Below, piece after piece: positions 1 through 12,215 of a stretch of 64,000 nt of DNA; position 1 is the stretch's first letter; every line of letters begins with the position of its first letter. The stretch lies in assembly GCF_001194135.2 (NCBI RefSeq), contig NC_068992.1, positions 63,558,274 to 63,622,273 on the forward strand. The letters are read 5' to 3'. The notes under the pieces are model-generated. The model searched no databases. It saw only the letters and a list, made by a program, of their open reading frames with translations, and had not been told where the DNA came from. The position numbers and the translations under genes were made by a program. The stretch is from Octopus bimaculoides (taxonomy: Eukaryota).

Positions 1-244
1 ACAGAATGGAAATATTACGTAATGAAGTCCTTGGGTTACTTAAAAAGGGGACGATCCTAGATAGTTGGTCTTTGTCTATATATCAGTTCGATATTTTCGT
101 AGAGCCAAATAACTGTTTGCAATTTAGGAACAAGTCGTGAAAATTTGGAAGACGGGTGTCAGTCGATATCAGCCAAGACATGGAGTCAGTCAACGATTCT
201 AGTATTTCACTTGTACATAATTTTATTGATTCTGGTAGGATACC

Positions 245-320
245 AGGTAAAATTGACTGACCTCCGTAGAATTTGAAACCGGAATGTAGAGAGCTGAACC
301 AAATACCATACTGCAAGACA
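245..320 (-). mobile_element. SINE family B fragment (tRNA-derived, Octopus OK/OR-type)
   Basis: Degenerate match to the 'gcaaagtcgacc..ggaatttgaac' segment seen in fuller copies at 14425-14622 and 15995-16176. Confidence 0.5.
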
Positions 321-961
321 TTGTTTTTTTTTTCAATGATCTAATGGTTCTGTGAATCCACAAACCTACCTGGAACAAAATAATAGCCATTTCTTCCGCA
401 CTTTCCGGAGAAAGGAACAGCGAGAGAGCAAGAACGAAAGCGAGGGCGAAGAAAGGGGAAGAATGTTAGAAAGAGGGAGAGGAGAGAGAACAGAGGAAAG
501 AATGAGAGAGAGAGGGGGAGAGAGAGGGAGTGAAGAGGGAGAAAGCGCCTTCTGATGCGTGGCATAAGGGTACGTCTCCAGGTCATCCGTCCTCTAAACA
601 TTGGAATAATAATATAGGGATGGGCACATATGGAGGGTTCTGGTATTGGACCCCTACTTAGGAGACTACGATGACGGAATAAATTTCTTTTGAAGATTAA
701 TCAAGAAGGAGAGCCTGGTCGGGTTTGGTCGGATCTGGTTGGTTCATTTGGAGTCGTGTTGTGACAGGAAGTGTTCGGTACGTCTGCCTGTTGTGAAGTC
801 TATCCTCCAGATAAGTGCGTAAGTGTATACGTGTATGTATGTCTATACATAGTTATGAACACACACACATCCATCCAATCAGACACACGGACACACATAT
901 ATACATTCCTGTCTGTCCTTACATACATACGTAATGCATACACACATACATACATACAAAC

Positions 962-1000
<39 letters not shown>

Positions 1001-1001
<1 letters not shown>

Positions 1002-1167
1002 TCTTTTACTTGTTTCAGTCCTTTGAATGCGGCCATGCTGGAGCACTGCCTCTGGTCGAAAACATTTACCCCAGGACTTATTCTTTGTAAGCCTAGTACT
1101 TATTTCATCGGTCGATTAGCCGAACTGCTAAGTTGCGGAGACGTAAACACACCAACATCGGTTGTCA
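1001..1167 (-). mobile_element. SINE family A, 3' half (cut by gap)
   Basis: Reverse complement matches the tail of the full copy at 50165-50572 (ggcggtgctccagcatggccgc...gactgaaacaagtaaaaga). Confidence 0.9.
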
Positions 1168-1645
1168 NNNNNNNNNNNNNNNNNNNNNNNNNNNNNNNNN
1201 NNNNNNNNNNNNNNNNNNNNNNNNNNNNNNNNNNNNNNNNNNNNNNNNNNNNNNNNNNNNNNNNNNNNNNNNNNNNNNNNNNNNNNNNNNNNNNNNNNNN
1301 NNNNNNNNNNNNNNNNNNNNNNNNNNNNNNNNNNNNNNNNNNNNNNNNNNNNNNNNNNNNNNNNNNNNNNNNNNNNNNNNNNNNNNNNNNNNNNNNNNNN
1401 NNNNNNNNNNNNNNNNNNNNNNNNNNNNNNNNNNNNNNNNNNNNNNNNNNNNNNNNNNNNNNNNNNNNNNNNNNNNNNNNNNNNNNNNNNNNNNNNNNNN
1501 NNNNNNNNNNNNNNNNNNNNNNNNNNNNNNNNNNNNNNNNNNNNNNNNNNNNNNNNNNNNNNNNNNNNNNNNNNNNNNNNNNNNNNNNNNNNNNNNNNNN
1601 NNNNNNNNNNNNNNNNNNNNNNNNNNNNNNNNNNNNNNNNNNNNN

Positions 1646-1694
<49 letters not shown>

Positions 1695-1944
1695 ATATAT
1701 ATATAACGTCAGAAGTTGTTAATGTAATAATGTATTGCGATTAAAATGTTAATTAAAATATTGCTGTTAGGGTTGTTCTTGATGTTGTCATTGTAGTTAT
1801 TGCAGTTGTTGCTGTTGTCGTTGTTGTGCTGCTGCTGCTGCTGCTGCTGCTGGTGGTGAAAGTATCGTGGCGCAGCTTCCATCCAAAATCAACCGTACAC
1901 CTTATGTAAAGAAAGGTCATAAAATAGATCTCGCCAGATTGCTG

Positions 1945-2195
1945 GCTTGAAATAACATAATGTTCTACATTAAGGGCAAACCGACTCGAACTGTTCTTCG
2001 TGTTCCGTTCTCTCGGGTATGCTGACTTGAAATATCATGGCGTTCGGCTTTAAGGGCATGCTGACTTAAAATATCATAATGTTATGCTTTACACGTGCAC
2101 TAACTCGAAATATCATAGTCTTCTCCTTTAAGGGTATGCTGACTTTAAATATCATAAGGTTTTGGTTTAGGGGTACACACTGATGTGAAAAGTCC
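1945..2195. repeat. ~39-bp minisatellite, 5-6 diverged units
   Basis: Units such as gggtatgctgacttgaaatatcatggcgttcggctttaa and gggcatgctgacttaaaatatcataatgttatgctttac recur at 39-bp spacing from 2015. Confidence 0.75.
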
Positions 2196-2943
2196 TCTTA
2201 ACTACTTTCTGAAGTAAATTCTACGTGACACAATATTTCCATGTATAAGTGTATGTGGTTGTGTCTGAATGCAAGATTATGTTTGTAATGTGTATGCACC
2301 TGAGTGCGTATGTACATATATGTGCATAGCATATATGTTATACGTATATGCATACATATATATCTATACATATATGTATACATATATGTGTGTGTGTGTC
2401 TGTGTGTGTGCGTGTGTGTGTGTATGTGTGTGTATGTGTGTGTTGTTTATTTTTTGGACGCTTTTGTATTCGATCTGATGAATCTCCATGTACTAAATCG
2501 AATGTCCTAAGAAGATGACGAATATTATTTTCGTAATTCTTTCGTAAGCCCCGACTGACATTGGAAGCGGAAACGGCCGTAAGCATTGTTATGTCACAAA
2601 AATGTTACGTAATGTTTTGTATTAAAAAATAATCTACAGATGGAGTCCAATTTGTTTGTTTGTTGATCTAAAGTTCTCTCCGTTTTCCGATTATATATAT
2701 ATNNNNNNNNNNNNNNNNNNNNNNNNNNNNNNNNNNNNNNNNNNNNNNNNNNNNNNNNNNNNNNNNNNNNNNNNNNNNNNNNNNNNNNNNNNNNNNNNNN
2801 NNNNNNNNNNNNNNNNNNNNNNNNNNNNNNNNNNNNNNNNNNNNNNNNNNNNNNNNNNNNNNNNNNNNNNNNNNNNNNNNNNNNNNNNNNNNNNNNNNNN
2901 NNNNNNNNNNNNNNNNNNNNNNNNNNNNNNNNNNNNNNNNNNN

Positions 2944-3006
<63 letters not shown>

Positions 3007-3163
3007 GTATATTAATACACATGCGTGCACACACACACACACACACTTGTATGAATCTAATTAGAAAAGATAGGAATGCAAATGTAAATGTGCATATGCA
3101 CACACGAATACAAACACACACATACACGCACACACACACACACACGCACACAATTATAGCTGA

Positions 3164-3201
<38 letters not shown>

Positions 3202-3456
3202 GTGAACGTATACACAGTAAAAGTGCAGATCTAATGAAGCAATACCTACCACCATTCACAATTAATGTTGACTTTCTAATTAACACAGTAATTAACACAC
3301 TAGCAACTACCCAAATAAATAAAAGCAGTGCGGCCGATTTGCAGTTGTTGTTGTTGTTGTTGTTGTTGCTGCTGCTGCCGCCGCTGCTGCTGCTGCTGCT
3401 GCGGTTGCTGCTGCTATTATAGCTGTTGCTTTCTATAATATTTTCTGTTGTAAAGT

Positions 3457-3670
3457 GGCGAGATGGCAGAATCGTTAGCACACCGGGCGAAATACTTAGC
3501 GGTACTTCGACCGTCGCTGCGTTCTAAGTTCAAATTCCGCCGAGGTCGCCTTTGCCTCTCATCCTCTCGGGTCAATCGATTAAGTACCCGTGAAACACTG
3601 GGGTCAATTCAATCGATATCCCCCTCCCCCAAAATTTCAGGTCTTTTGTCTATAAAGAAGAAAGGATTAT
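3457..3670 (+). mobile_element. SINE family B, near full length
   Basis: tRNA-like head ggcgagatggcagaatcgttagc with B-box-like gttcaaattcc; body matches 62067-62283. Confidence 0.9.
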
Positions 3671-3686
3671 TTCTCGTTGTTACAAA

Positions 3687-3780
3687 GCGGTGAGCTGGCA
3701 GAATCGTTAGCAAGCCGGACAGAATGCTTTTCAACATTTCCTCTGGTTCTTTACGTTCTGCGTTCAAAGTTCTGCAGAGG
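3687..3780 (+). mobile_element. SINE family B, head only
   Basis: gcggtgagctggcagaatcgttagc...gttcaaagtt, ending at a (GT)n tract. Confidence 0.8.
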
Positions 3781-3831
<51 letters not shown>

Positions 3832-3979
3832 TATCATCAGTGTATATGCGTATGCATCATATGAATGCGACAATACCATCTACCTACCTATCTATCTATC
3901 TATTTATATATATATGTGTGTGTGTGTGTGTAGTAGTAGCAGTGACTCAGATGAAATGTATTTAGATTCAATTTTTGTG

Positions 3980-4061
<82 letters not shown>

Positions 4062-4934
4062 ATATATATATAATATATAAAACATAGAAATTGAATCTAA
4101 ATATATTTCATCTAATGAGTCACAGCCATTGTTTACGATATTCATTAGTGCAAGTTCATCAAGTTTAGTGTTAATGTTAGCAAAATTGCATTTGATAGCC
4201 TTGTAAGGGTGTATGTGTGCGTATGTGACTTTGTGTACCTATATGCACGTATGTATATACGATATATGTATCTTCGTGTACATGTATGTGTGTATGCATA
4301 TATATATTTATATATATTGAATATATATATATGTATATATATATATATGCATACGCACACACATATACATATATACATACACACTTTTTTTAAATTGCGT
4401 AAAATATTGTTGTTTAGTTGTATGATTTTTAAGATTTCACCTATGCATGTACAAATACGCATATTATTATATGAATATGGGTGCACATAGACATATACGT
4501 ACATATACGTATATGTATGTGTGTTTGTATATAAAAGTATAAAGGAATAAAAGAATACATATATGCATGAGTATGTATGTGTTTATATATATAATGCGTG
4601 CATATATATATATTGAATTAAATTAAACAGCAAAAGGAGAAAATTCTTGATCAACAAACAAATTGTTTACCATTGAGTGCTATTTTTTAATACAAAATCT
4701 TTCACACTTCTAACAGCCGTTTCTGCTACCAATGTCCCCCAGCGCTGCCAAAGAAACATTTTGGGAATAATATTCGCCATATTCTATCGCACATCCGATC
4801 TGGTACATGGAGCTTCATAAGAGTGAAGAAAATATTCACAAAATAAAAGAAGAGAAGAGAAAAGAAAAGGGCTTCGAGATGAGGAAAGAAGGCTTAACAT
4901 ATCTTAATCATACCATTTTGCTGTGTAACGTTTG

Positions 4935-5140
4935 TGTGTATCTGTGTCTGTGTTTCTTCGCCCTCCCACTGCTTGGCAACAGGTGTTTGATTTGTTTACG
5001 TCTCCGTAACTTAGCGGTTTGCAAATGGAACTGATGGAATCAGTGCCAAGCTTTAAAAAAATAAATAATGTGGTCGATTCGTTCCACTAAAATTTCTCAA
5101 GGCATGGTCGCAGTCTGATGGCTTAAACAAGTAAATAGAA
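4935..5140 (+). mobile_element. SINE family A, degenerate 3' half
   Basis: gtttacgtctccgtaacttagcggtt...catggtcgcagtc...aaacaagtaaa matches the family A tail. Confidence 0.8.
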
Positions 5141-5489
5141 AAAAAGGACGAAAAAAGATTATCCTACATAAACTTAGATAGACCAAATAGGTTGTGGGAG
5201 AAATTTAGTAGACGAAGCTGAAATCATTATGAGGAAGGCTTAAATTTTCATCTTGGTTTGTCTGGAGAGCGTCATATTGTCTTAATGTTTTATTGTCTAA
5301 AACGCTCAACGGTTCGATTTCCATTCCTTTATTATCAATATATATTTGTTCCTTCCAAAATTTTCGTTGCTCTTGCAGCTTTGTCAATTGATGTTGACTT
5401 TTACTAAACTGAGAACAGCAACGAAAATTTTGGAAGAAAAAATATGTGGAAATTATGAGTGGAAATCGAACCTGTGTGTGTGCATCAGA

Positions 5490-6480
5490 TACTAAGGCAT
5501 TAAGACAATATGACTCTCCCTAAGTACAACAAAATCTGCTTCAACACACGAATTCATATAAAGAATCTTGCAAATCAGATACTAAAACGAAGTATATTTC
5601 ATCGTTCTCCAGGTATATGTAGTGACACAGAGGAAGAAATGGATATTAGTTGCCGTTGTGAAACAGCACTGCTTTTAAATTTCTCATAGAATAGTCAAAT
5701 GACAGAGGCCATCGATTGGACTGGAGTTTAAAACCAATAGCATCAAAGAGAATTCTTACACTAATGCAGTACTGCAGTGATTCAGGCATTGAATAGATAC
5801 AGGCAAAGTTGCATGACTTATTCCATCTTTCGGAATTGTCGTCTTTGCGTCCTACTGGTTTAATTCTTTCAATTTGGACGCCAGCATCCTTGCTTCAGAT
5901 TTAGTAAACTTCAAGTCCTTTACGAAGTCACCAAGCTCTTATTTGATTTAGGAAGTGGGATTCTTCACATTAACATGATGCTTCTTCTTCTTCTTAATCT
6001 TCATCGCGATCCCACATTTCGATGTCATATTCTTCTGTTGTTTTTGTGGGTTTTTTTCTTTCAAAAGCCCGACAAAGTGGAGTCGGTAGCTGTTTGTCAC
6101 ACGACACTGGTACAATTCAAGATAAGTTAACTAGTTTCTTCCTGTCTTGTGAGCCTTCATAAGTAAACACGTCCACTTTACAGAAAGAGTAGTCATTTGA
6201 TGATCTGTAGATTCTCGCTAGATTCTTGGAATGGTAAACAGTATACATTTCTTGCTGGTAATCCAGGAAAAGAAAGTTACTGGAAAAGCGCTAAAGAATC
6301 ACAAGGCTGTGCCAGAGTTTCTTCCTGACTTCGGCTGGAGTATTCGTTTTAATCACCAACATTAAAAATGCTGAATATCTGTGTAATGCCGCGGTATTAT
6401 GTAATGTGTTTTCGATCTATATATGTCACATATTGTCAATAAATGACTGACATAATTTCTTTGCTTCATCGTCTTATTTT
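5490..6480 (-). pseudogene. Decayed DNA transposase, Chapaev3-like (CMC superfamily)
   Basis: Broken minus-strand translation gives, in order, IPRI*RESTDH, SNDYSFCKV, ELGDFVKDLKFTKSEARMLASKLKE and RWPLSFDYSMRNLKAVLFHNGN*YP. These match the WREPxDH-DCYFC / ELNDLVRDL / WRLFIDSSKRSLKAVLLHNGN motifs; family assignment is from memory. Confidence 0.75.
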
Positions 6481-6760
6481 GCTTTAGAAATTTAATAAAA
6501 GGGGTTCTTTTTTTTTTTTTTTTTGACATATGTGTAACACCATTGCATATAAATTAGCGTCATGTAAAGCTTTCGATATACAATTTCATTCAATACTTAC
6601 TTGTAAACTACTGCTTTTATATAACTATTTACAATAGAATGTTCCAGATATGTTATAAATCGATAAATATATTTCCTTTAGCTTGCTTGTGCAATTTATT
6701 GCTTTATAAATAGTGCCTCATCTTGATCATTTTCTGTATGAATATTTCAATGAATTAACA

Positions 6761-7067
6761 TACCATCATTTCCGGCATACAAGTCGACCTAGAAAATAAG
6801 TCGAGGTAGATTTTTCAGGAAAAAATAAATACTTGTTTAAGTTTATACTCATTGATTATGATCGTTCATCAATATGAACACCAAGTACATATAAAGAGAA
6901 TTAACAGGTAACAAAAATTTTACCGTCATGGCGAACCTGAAGGGTAAACATTCATCGTCTGGAATTTTAGGTCCTCTAAAATCGTCTTGACGTATAAGTC
7001 GACCTACCTGTTTTGGCTGTAAATTTTGGGCAGCAAACATTTGCTTTGTATACCCGAACATACGGTA
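6761..7067. mobile_element. Non-autonomous Tc1/mariner-superfamily (pogo/Fot1-type) MITE
   Basis: Imperfect TIRs taccatcatttccggcatacaagtcgac ... tttgtatacccgaacatacggta, with an internal repeat of the tataagtcgacct motif. Confidence 0.65.
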
Positions 7068-7799
7068 AGTAAATTACTACCACTTTTTTTTTATATTTTA
7101 GAAAGTTCTACATAGAAACAAAACTTTGATACGTGTGTAATTTCAACACGACTATGTTGCACTTGATGAAAATAAGTTCTCGAAATATTTCACAAAATAT
7201 TGACGCTAACACGAAAAGAATTTTACCGTCGTATTCAACATGCTGTTTGAACATTTTACAAAGTCAAGTTAAACAAATTTTCTGTTGCGTAGTGTAATAT
7301 ATNNNNNNNNNNGTGTGTGTGTGTATGCATACATATATATGTATTATAGCTGTAATGCACAAACCATTTTTTTTCACTAAGTTATGTACACTATACGGTA
7401 TGAAGCAGAATATAGTAGAAATTGCAAACATTTCGGACTTAAAAAACCGCAGGAAGCTATCTTTGTTCGTAAATAGGGGAGTAGCAGTATATACATACAA
7501 GTCAAAAAAAGAAATGAAAAAGAAACAGACAAGAAAAAATGTATACGATGCGCGGGTGAAAAAAAACTGTTTCACGAAGCGGTGTCTCCCCCTGTGTGTG
7601 AGTGTGTGACGAAATAACAACGAGTTAATACTCAGATTGCGCGATAAAAACCACTTAAAGATGCCGCTTTTCTTCTGTTACAAACATTTTAAGCCCCCAT
7701 CAGGCATTTTTTGAGTGATACTTTCTTATCTTCACTTAGCCAAATGTGTTTTATTTTATTGATGCGGTTACAAACATGTATGTATGCTTATGTGTATGA

Positions 7800-7839
<40 letters not shown>

Positions 7840-8000
7840 GTGTGTGCGTGTGTGTGTGTGTGCGTGTGTGTGTACACATACAAATATGTATACATATATG
7901 GGTATGTATGTTTATATATATGCATTTGTGTATATATATGTATATTGATAGATACCTAAAAATATTTGAATGTATGTTTATATGAACCTAACATACATAG

Positions 8001-8051
<51 letters not shown>

Positions 8052-8913
8052 CGTACATATACGTATATATGTAAATATATCTAATATATATATATANNNN
8101 NNNNNNNNNNNNNNNNNNNNNNNNNNNNNNNNNNNNNNNNNNNNNNNNNNNNNNNNNNNNNNNNNNNNNNNNNNNNNNNNNNNNNNNNNNNNNNNNNNNN
8201 NNNNNNNNNNNNNNNNNNNNNNNNNNNNNNNNNNNNNNNNNNNNNNNNNNNNNNNNNNNNNNNNNNNNNNNNNNNNNNNNNNNNNNNNNNNNNNNNNNNN
8301 NNNNNNNNNNNNNNNNNNNNNNNNNNNNNNNNNNNNNNNNNNNNNNNNTATATACGCATATATATATACATACATGCATGTATGTATATGTCAATATACA
8401 CACATATGACTTAGATATGTGGGTGTGTTCTTTTGAGATGATGCTATTTGATATTTCTGTCACAGACTACGGAAAAAATATTTTCACGTCCTAGAAGTTT
8501 AATTGGCAGAAGAACGAGTCGGTAGTATAGACCTCGCGCTATCTGACTTACGATTTCGATGACTCGAGAAAATTGTCATCGTCGTCGTCGTCATTGTATC
8601 ACAGTCGCTGATATTATGCACGTAACTTTTTTATCCTTTAGCTTTTATTTATCTTATTTATGGGACTAAGTCCATGTTAGGGCACCACCTTGAAGGGTTT
8701 AACCGACAGTTATTCTAAGCAAACAACTGTAGACTTTTTTAAAAAGAAATCTTCAAGTCCGTCTACGAGTGCTTGTGAATCGGCGATCATGTCTACAGGT
8801 GATGGTGTGTACGAGTCTAGTGTGAGTGAAAGTGATTCAGAAAACGATTATAATTAACATATTTTTTGTTATAAATGGTCTTGACATTCTTTTTAATTTA
8901 CATAAAATATTCT

Positions 8914-9039
8914 TTCTACTCTAGGTACAAGGCCCAAAATTTTAAGGGAGGGGACCAGTCGAATAGATCAACCCCAGTACGCAACTGGTACTTAATTTAT
9001 CGATCCCCAAAGGATGAAAAGCAAAGTCGACCACGGCAG
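8914..9039 (-). mobile_element. SINE family B, 3' part
   Basis: ggtacaaggcccaaaattt...ccccagtacgcaactggtacttaatttatcgat...gcaaagtcgacc. Confidence 0.85.
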
Positions 9040-9192
9040 CGTTACATGAAATATCCTTTACATTCTACTGTTGTTTTAATGCCATTTATTTACGAGTATT
9101 ATATATTTTGTTGGTAAAATATTTTTCTGGAAATGAATTACAATTTATATATGTGTATATATATATATATATATAAAATCAAGTGTTTATAT

Positions 9193-9419
9193 CTTTTATC
9201 TTTTACCTGTTTCAGTCATTAGACTGCGACCATGCTCGGGCACCGCCTTACATTTTTAATCGAATGAATTGACCCTAGCACTTATAATCCTGGTACTTAT
9301 TCTATCGTTCTCTTTTGGCGAACCGCTAATGTTACGAGGACGCAAACACACCAACACTACTTTCCAAGTGGTGATAGTGGGTGAACACGAGCGCGCGCGC
9401 GCGCGCACACACACACACG

Positions 9420-9473
<54 letters not shown>

Positions 9474-9598
9474 AATGACGGGCTTCTTTCAGTTTCCATC
9501 TAGTAAATCCACTTATAAGGCTTTGATCGGCCCGAATCTATTGCCGAACCACGCGATTGAAAAGCAAGTTCCTTACCACACAGCCACTCCTGCGCCTA
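9193..9598 (-). mobile_element. SINE family A, full length with internal (CG)/(CA)/(TA) tract
   Basis: Head ccttaccacacagccactcctgcgcc at 9571-9596 and tail gtttcagtcattagactgcg near 9210. Confidence 0.9.
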
Positions 9599-10059
9599 TG
9601 TATGTGTGTCTCCTCCTCTCATGCAATCGACCAGCAATTTAGGATTACAACTGAATAAAAAAAGGAAAGGTAAAATAGATCTTTTTCATCTGATCATCAC
9701 TTCAATGGATCAAGACTTTGAAGGGTTTTGGTATTTTGTTTTTTCGTTTTGACACCTGATTTTTTTCTTTTCTTTTTTTTTTTTTTTTTGAAAAAACATA
9801 CCCGAACTACTTTGTTTCGAGAAATGGGATTAATTCAGAAAGAAAGAATATCAAAGGATGCGTGTTTGTAAAGTTGAACATGCTAACGGATTGCGAAGAT
9901 ATTGCAAAGAAATAGCCAAACATTAATTATCTTAGAGACTGAAGGCATGCTGTGGCTGTGTAACCACATTCTAACAAGACCGAGCAACATAATCCTTTCA
10001 GCTAAGAATGGGATTGTGTTAGCGTTTTTATCTATAACGGATTTCCAAATGCGACCAAC

Positions 10060-10135
10060 TTCTTCTTCTTCTTTTTCTTGCTGTTGTTGCTACTACTTCT
10101 ACTACTCGCACTAACACTATTATTATTATTATTAT

Positions 10136-10191
<56 letters not shown>

Positions 10192-10335
10192 TCAATATTA
10201 TCCTTTTCTTCTTTTTCATCTTAAAACTGTCACCTTCTTTATCATCATCATCATCATCATCACCATCATCATCTTCATTTTCTCTTTTTCTCTCGTTATC
10301 TCTCCTCTCTTTCTCTCTCTTTTTCTCTCTCTCCC
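10060..10335. repeat. Compound trinucleotide/dinucleotide microsatellite (TTC, TAT, TAG, ATC, CT)
   Basis: Directly visible. Confidence 0.9.
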
Positions 10336-11195
10336 TCTGCCTCTTCTTCTCTCTGGATAGAGTTTACACAGTAAAGATACACAAAAAATATTTCTAAATG
10401 ACATTAAATGATTTCGCTTAATGAAAACAATTTCTGGCAAGCTATAATATCTGTCTAAGATGAACAACTGTAAAAGAGTTTACTGATGAGGGCACCAAAT
10501 CCACGATACTTGCAGATGTAAAGTCTTCAGTTTGTGTTCGACAATATGATAGGTTTATTTAATAATCGGTTCCATTTCTGGGTGCGGTCTGCCTGGCCGT
10601 TTACACTTCTACAAGCGTCTACCAGCTCTTATACACTCCAGGTTAATGAAAATAAGTTTAATAATGTAGGATAATGATTTAATGTTAATAACATACAATG
10701 ATGTTATCGGCCTCAGTTTGAGAAAGATATTGATGTAGCTGTTAGCTGAGTGGTCTTTTATATAGACTAGTTACGAGCACTCAGGTCAAAAGAATTTTTT
10801 TTTTTAATGAAGGTAAGCACGGTCAGCAGACATACATCAGAAGGGTAAAAGAGAGATGTGAACACACAGGTAATAAATTCATGACATGAAAGTCACAGAA
10901 CCAGCTAAGATCTCAGTAGACAGATCAGGTTATTTCATAGCGTAAACTACAGATACTTCAGTACACTGCACGCGGAAGTAACACCTAATATTTGATAGCA
11001 TTGCTGGCTTTAGAATAAATACGTAGTTCACGGCTGCATGGTTCAACGTGTCTCTTGGTAACTACGTATTATTTGCAGATCCGATAACCCGGTACTTCTG
11101 GGCGGGATTAACGGCCGCGTAGCCTAGCGTTGAGCAATAATGCGCATGAATGGATTTTGATGTGTGTATGTGTGTGTGTATATGTATATGTATAT

Positions 11196-11247
<52 letters not shown>

Positions 11248-11344
11248 NNNNNNNNNNNNNNNNNNNNNNNNNNNNNNNNNNNNNNNNNNNNNNNNNNNNN
11301 NNNNNNNNNNNNNNNNNNNNNNNNNNNNNNNNNNNNNNNNNNNG

Positions 11345-11540
11345 TAATTTAATTTATATAAGGGCATTACTATACAATAATGCCTCACGTTTAGAGGGAC
11401 TCCATAAGTCAAAACTACCAAAATAAGCACATTTTTACCGATCGCGCATTTGTAAGAACTATTTTGGTAGTTTTGACTTATGGAGTCCCTCTAAACGTGA
11501 GGCATTATTGTATAGTAATGCACTTATATAAATTAAATTA
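11345..11540. repeat. Near-perfect inverted repeat (81-bp arms, 34-bp spacer); MITE-like hairpin
   Basis: 11345-11425 versus reverse complement of 11460-11540 differ at one position. Confidence 0.95.
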
Positions 11541-11795
11541 TATATATTTATGGAAAAAAATGATGGGTTTTTCCATATGAGGTTTTTTCACGCTAACTAC
11601 TTGATAAATTCTTATAAAGTATTTATCCTTATATTATATTATGTGTGTGTGTGTGTATGTATGTATGTATTTATGTACGTATAGTCAATTCAAATAGGCA
11701 AACAATTCAAATTTTAAAAAATGAGAAGAGAAAAACAATGAACGTGAGGATGTTCATAAGAAGTATATTAGCTTGACGCTCGGTGAAAGGAATGA

Positions 11796-11830
11796 GTTAA
11801 ACGTTTCGAGCATAGCTCTTCGTCGGAAGG
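11796..11830 (-). ncRNA. Degenerate minimal hammerhead-like motif in a PLE-type terminal repeat
   Basis: Minus-strand RNA CCUU-CCGACGA-A-GAGC-UAU-GCUC-GAAA-CGUU-UAAC; U4C change and stem I unpaired. Confidence 0.55.
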
Positions 11831-12069
11831 AGAAAGAGAAAGGTCCAAAGAAGGAGGAGAAGGAATCAACAACGGACAACGTGTAGTTATACATACATAT
11901 TTATATGTGTGTGTATAACGTATTATTAACGTGTGCGCATGTGAGGGCGTAAATACATATGAAGGTATTAAAGGATTTATGAATTGCCATCCAAAAGTTC
12001 TTATTAATATATCAAGGTATATATAAATATGCATACACATGTAAACATACGTGAATACACAGACAAAAG

Positions 12070-12215
12070 ACAGGCTTCTGTACAGTTTCAGTCAATCAGA
12101 TTCCACACACATAACCCAAAGTTACAAGAAAAAACATTAGACTGAGTTATCGCGCAGTAGCATTGAACGTGGAATTATCTGGTTTACGAGCCAGTAGCTT
12201 AACCACACAGCTATG
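12070..12215 (-). mobile_element. SINE family A, degenerate head
   Basis: gacaggcttctgtacagtttc...gcttaaccacacagctatgc. Confidence 0.65.

Noticed and set aside
340-790. Possible Penelope or LTR remnant with a GA-rich tract
   Set aside because: No recognisable protein motif or hammerhead core in any frame; left unclassified.
2474-2582. CTGATGA at about 2475 and GAAACGGCCGTAAG at about 2565 as a hammerhead
   Set aside because: Helices I and II cannot be formed consistently; at most highly decayed halves.
4706-4805. Hammerhead 3' half (GAAAC-GGCU-GUU on minus)
   Set aside because: No CUGANGA core or matching stem I upstream.
10531-10641. Possible exon ending at CAG|gttaat
   Set aside because: Several frames are partly open, there is no recognisable protein, and the best frame is phase-incompatible with 18270.
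11085-11130. Helitron 3' end (cccg..cggg then CTAG)
   Set aside because: The hairpin is weak, the spacing is long and no matching 5' end was identified.
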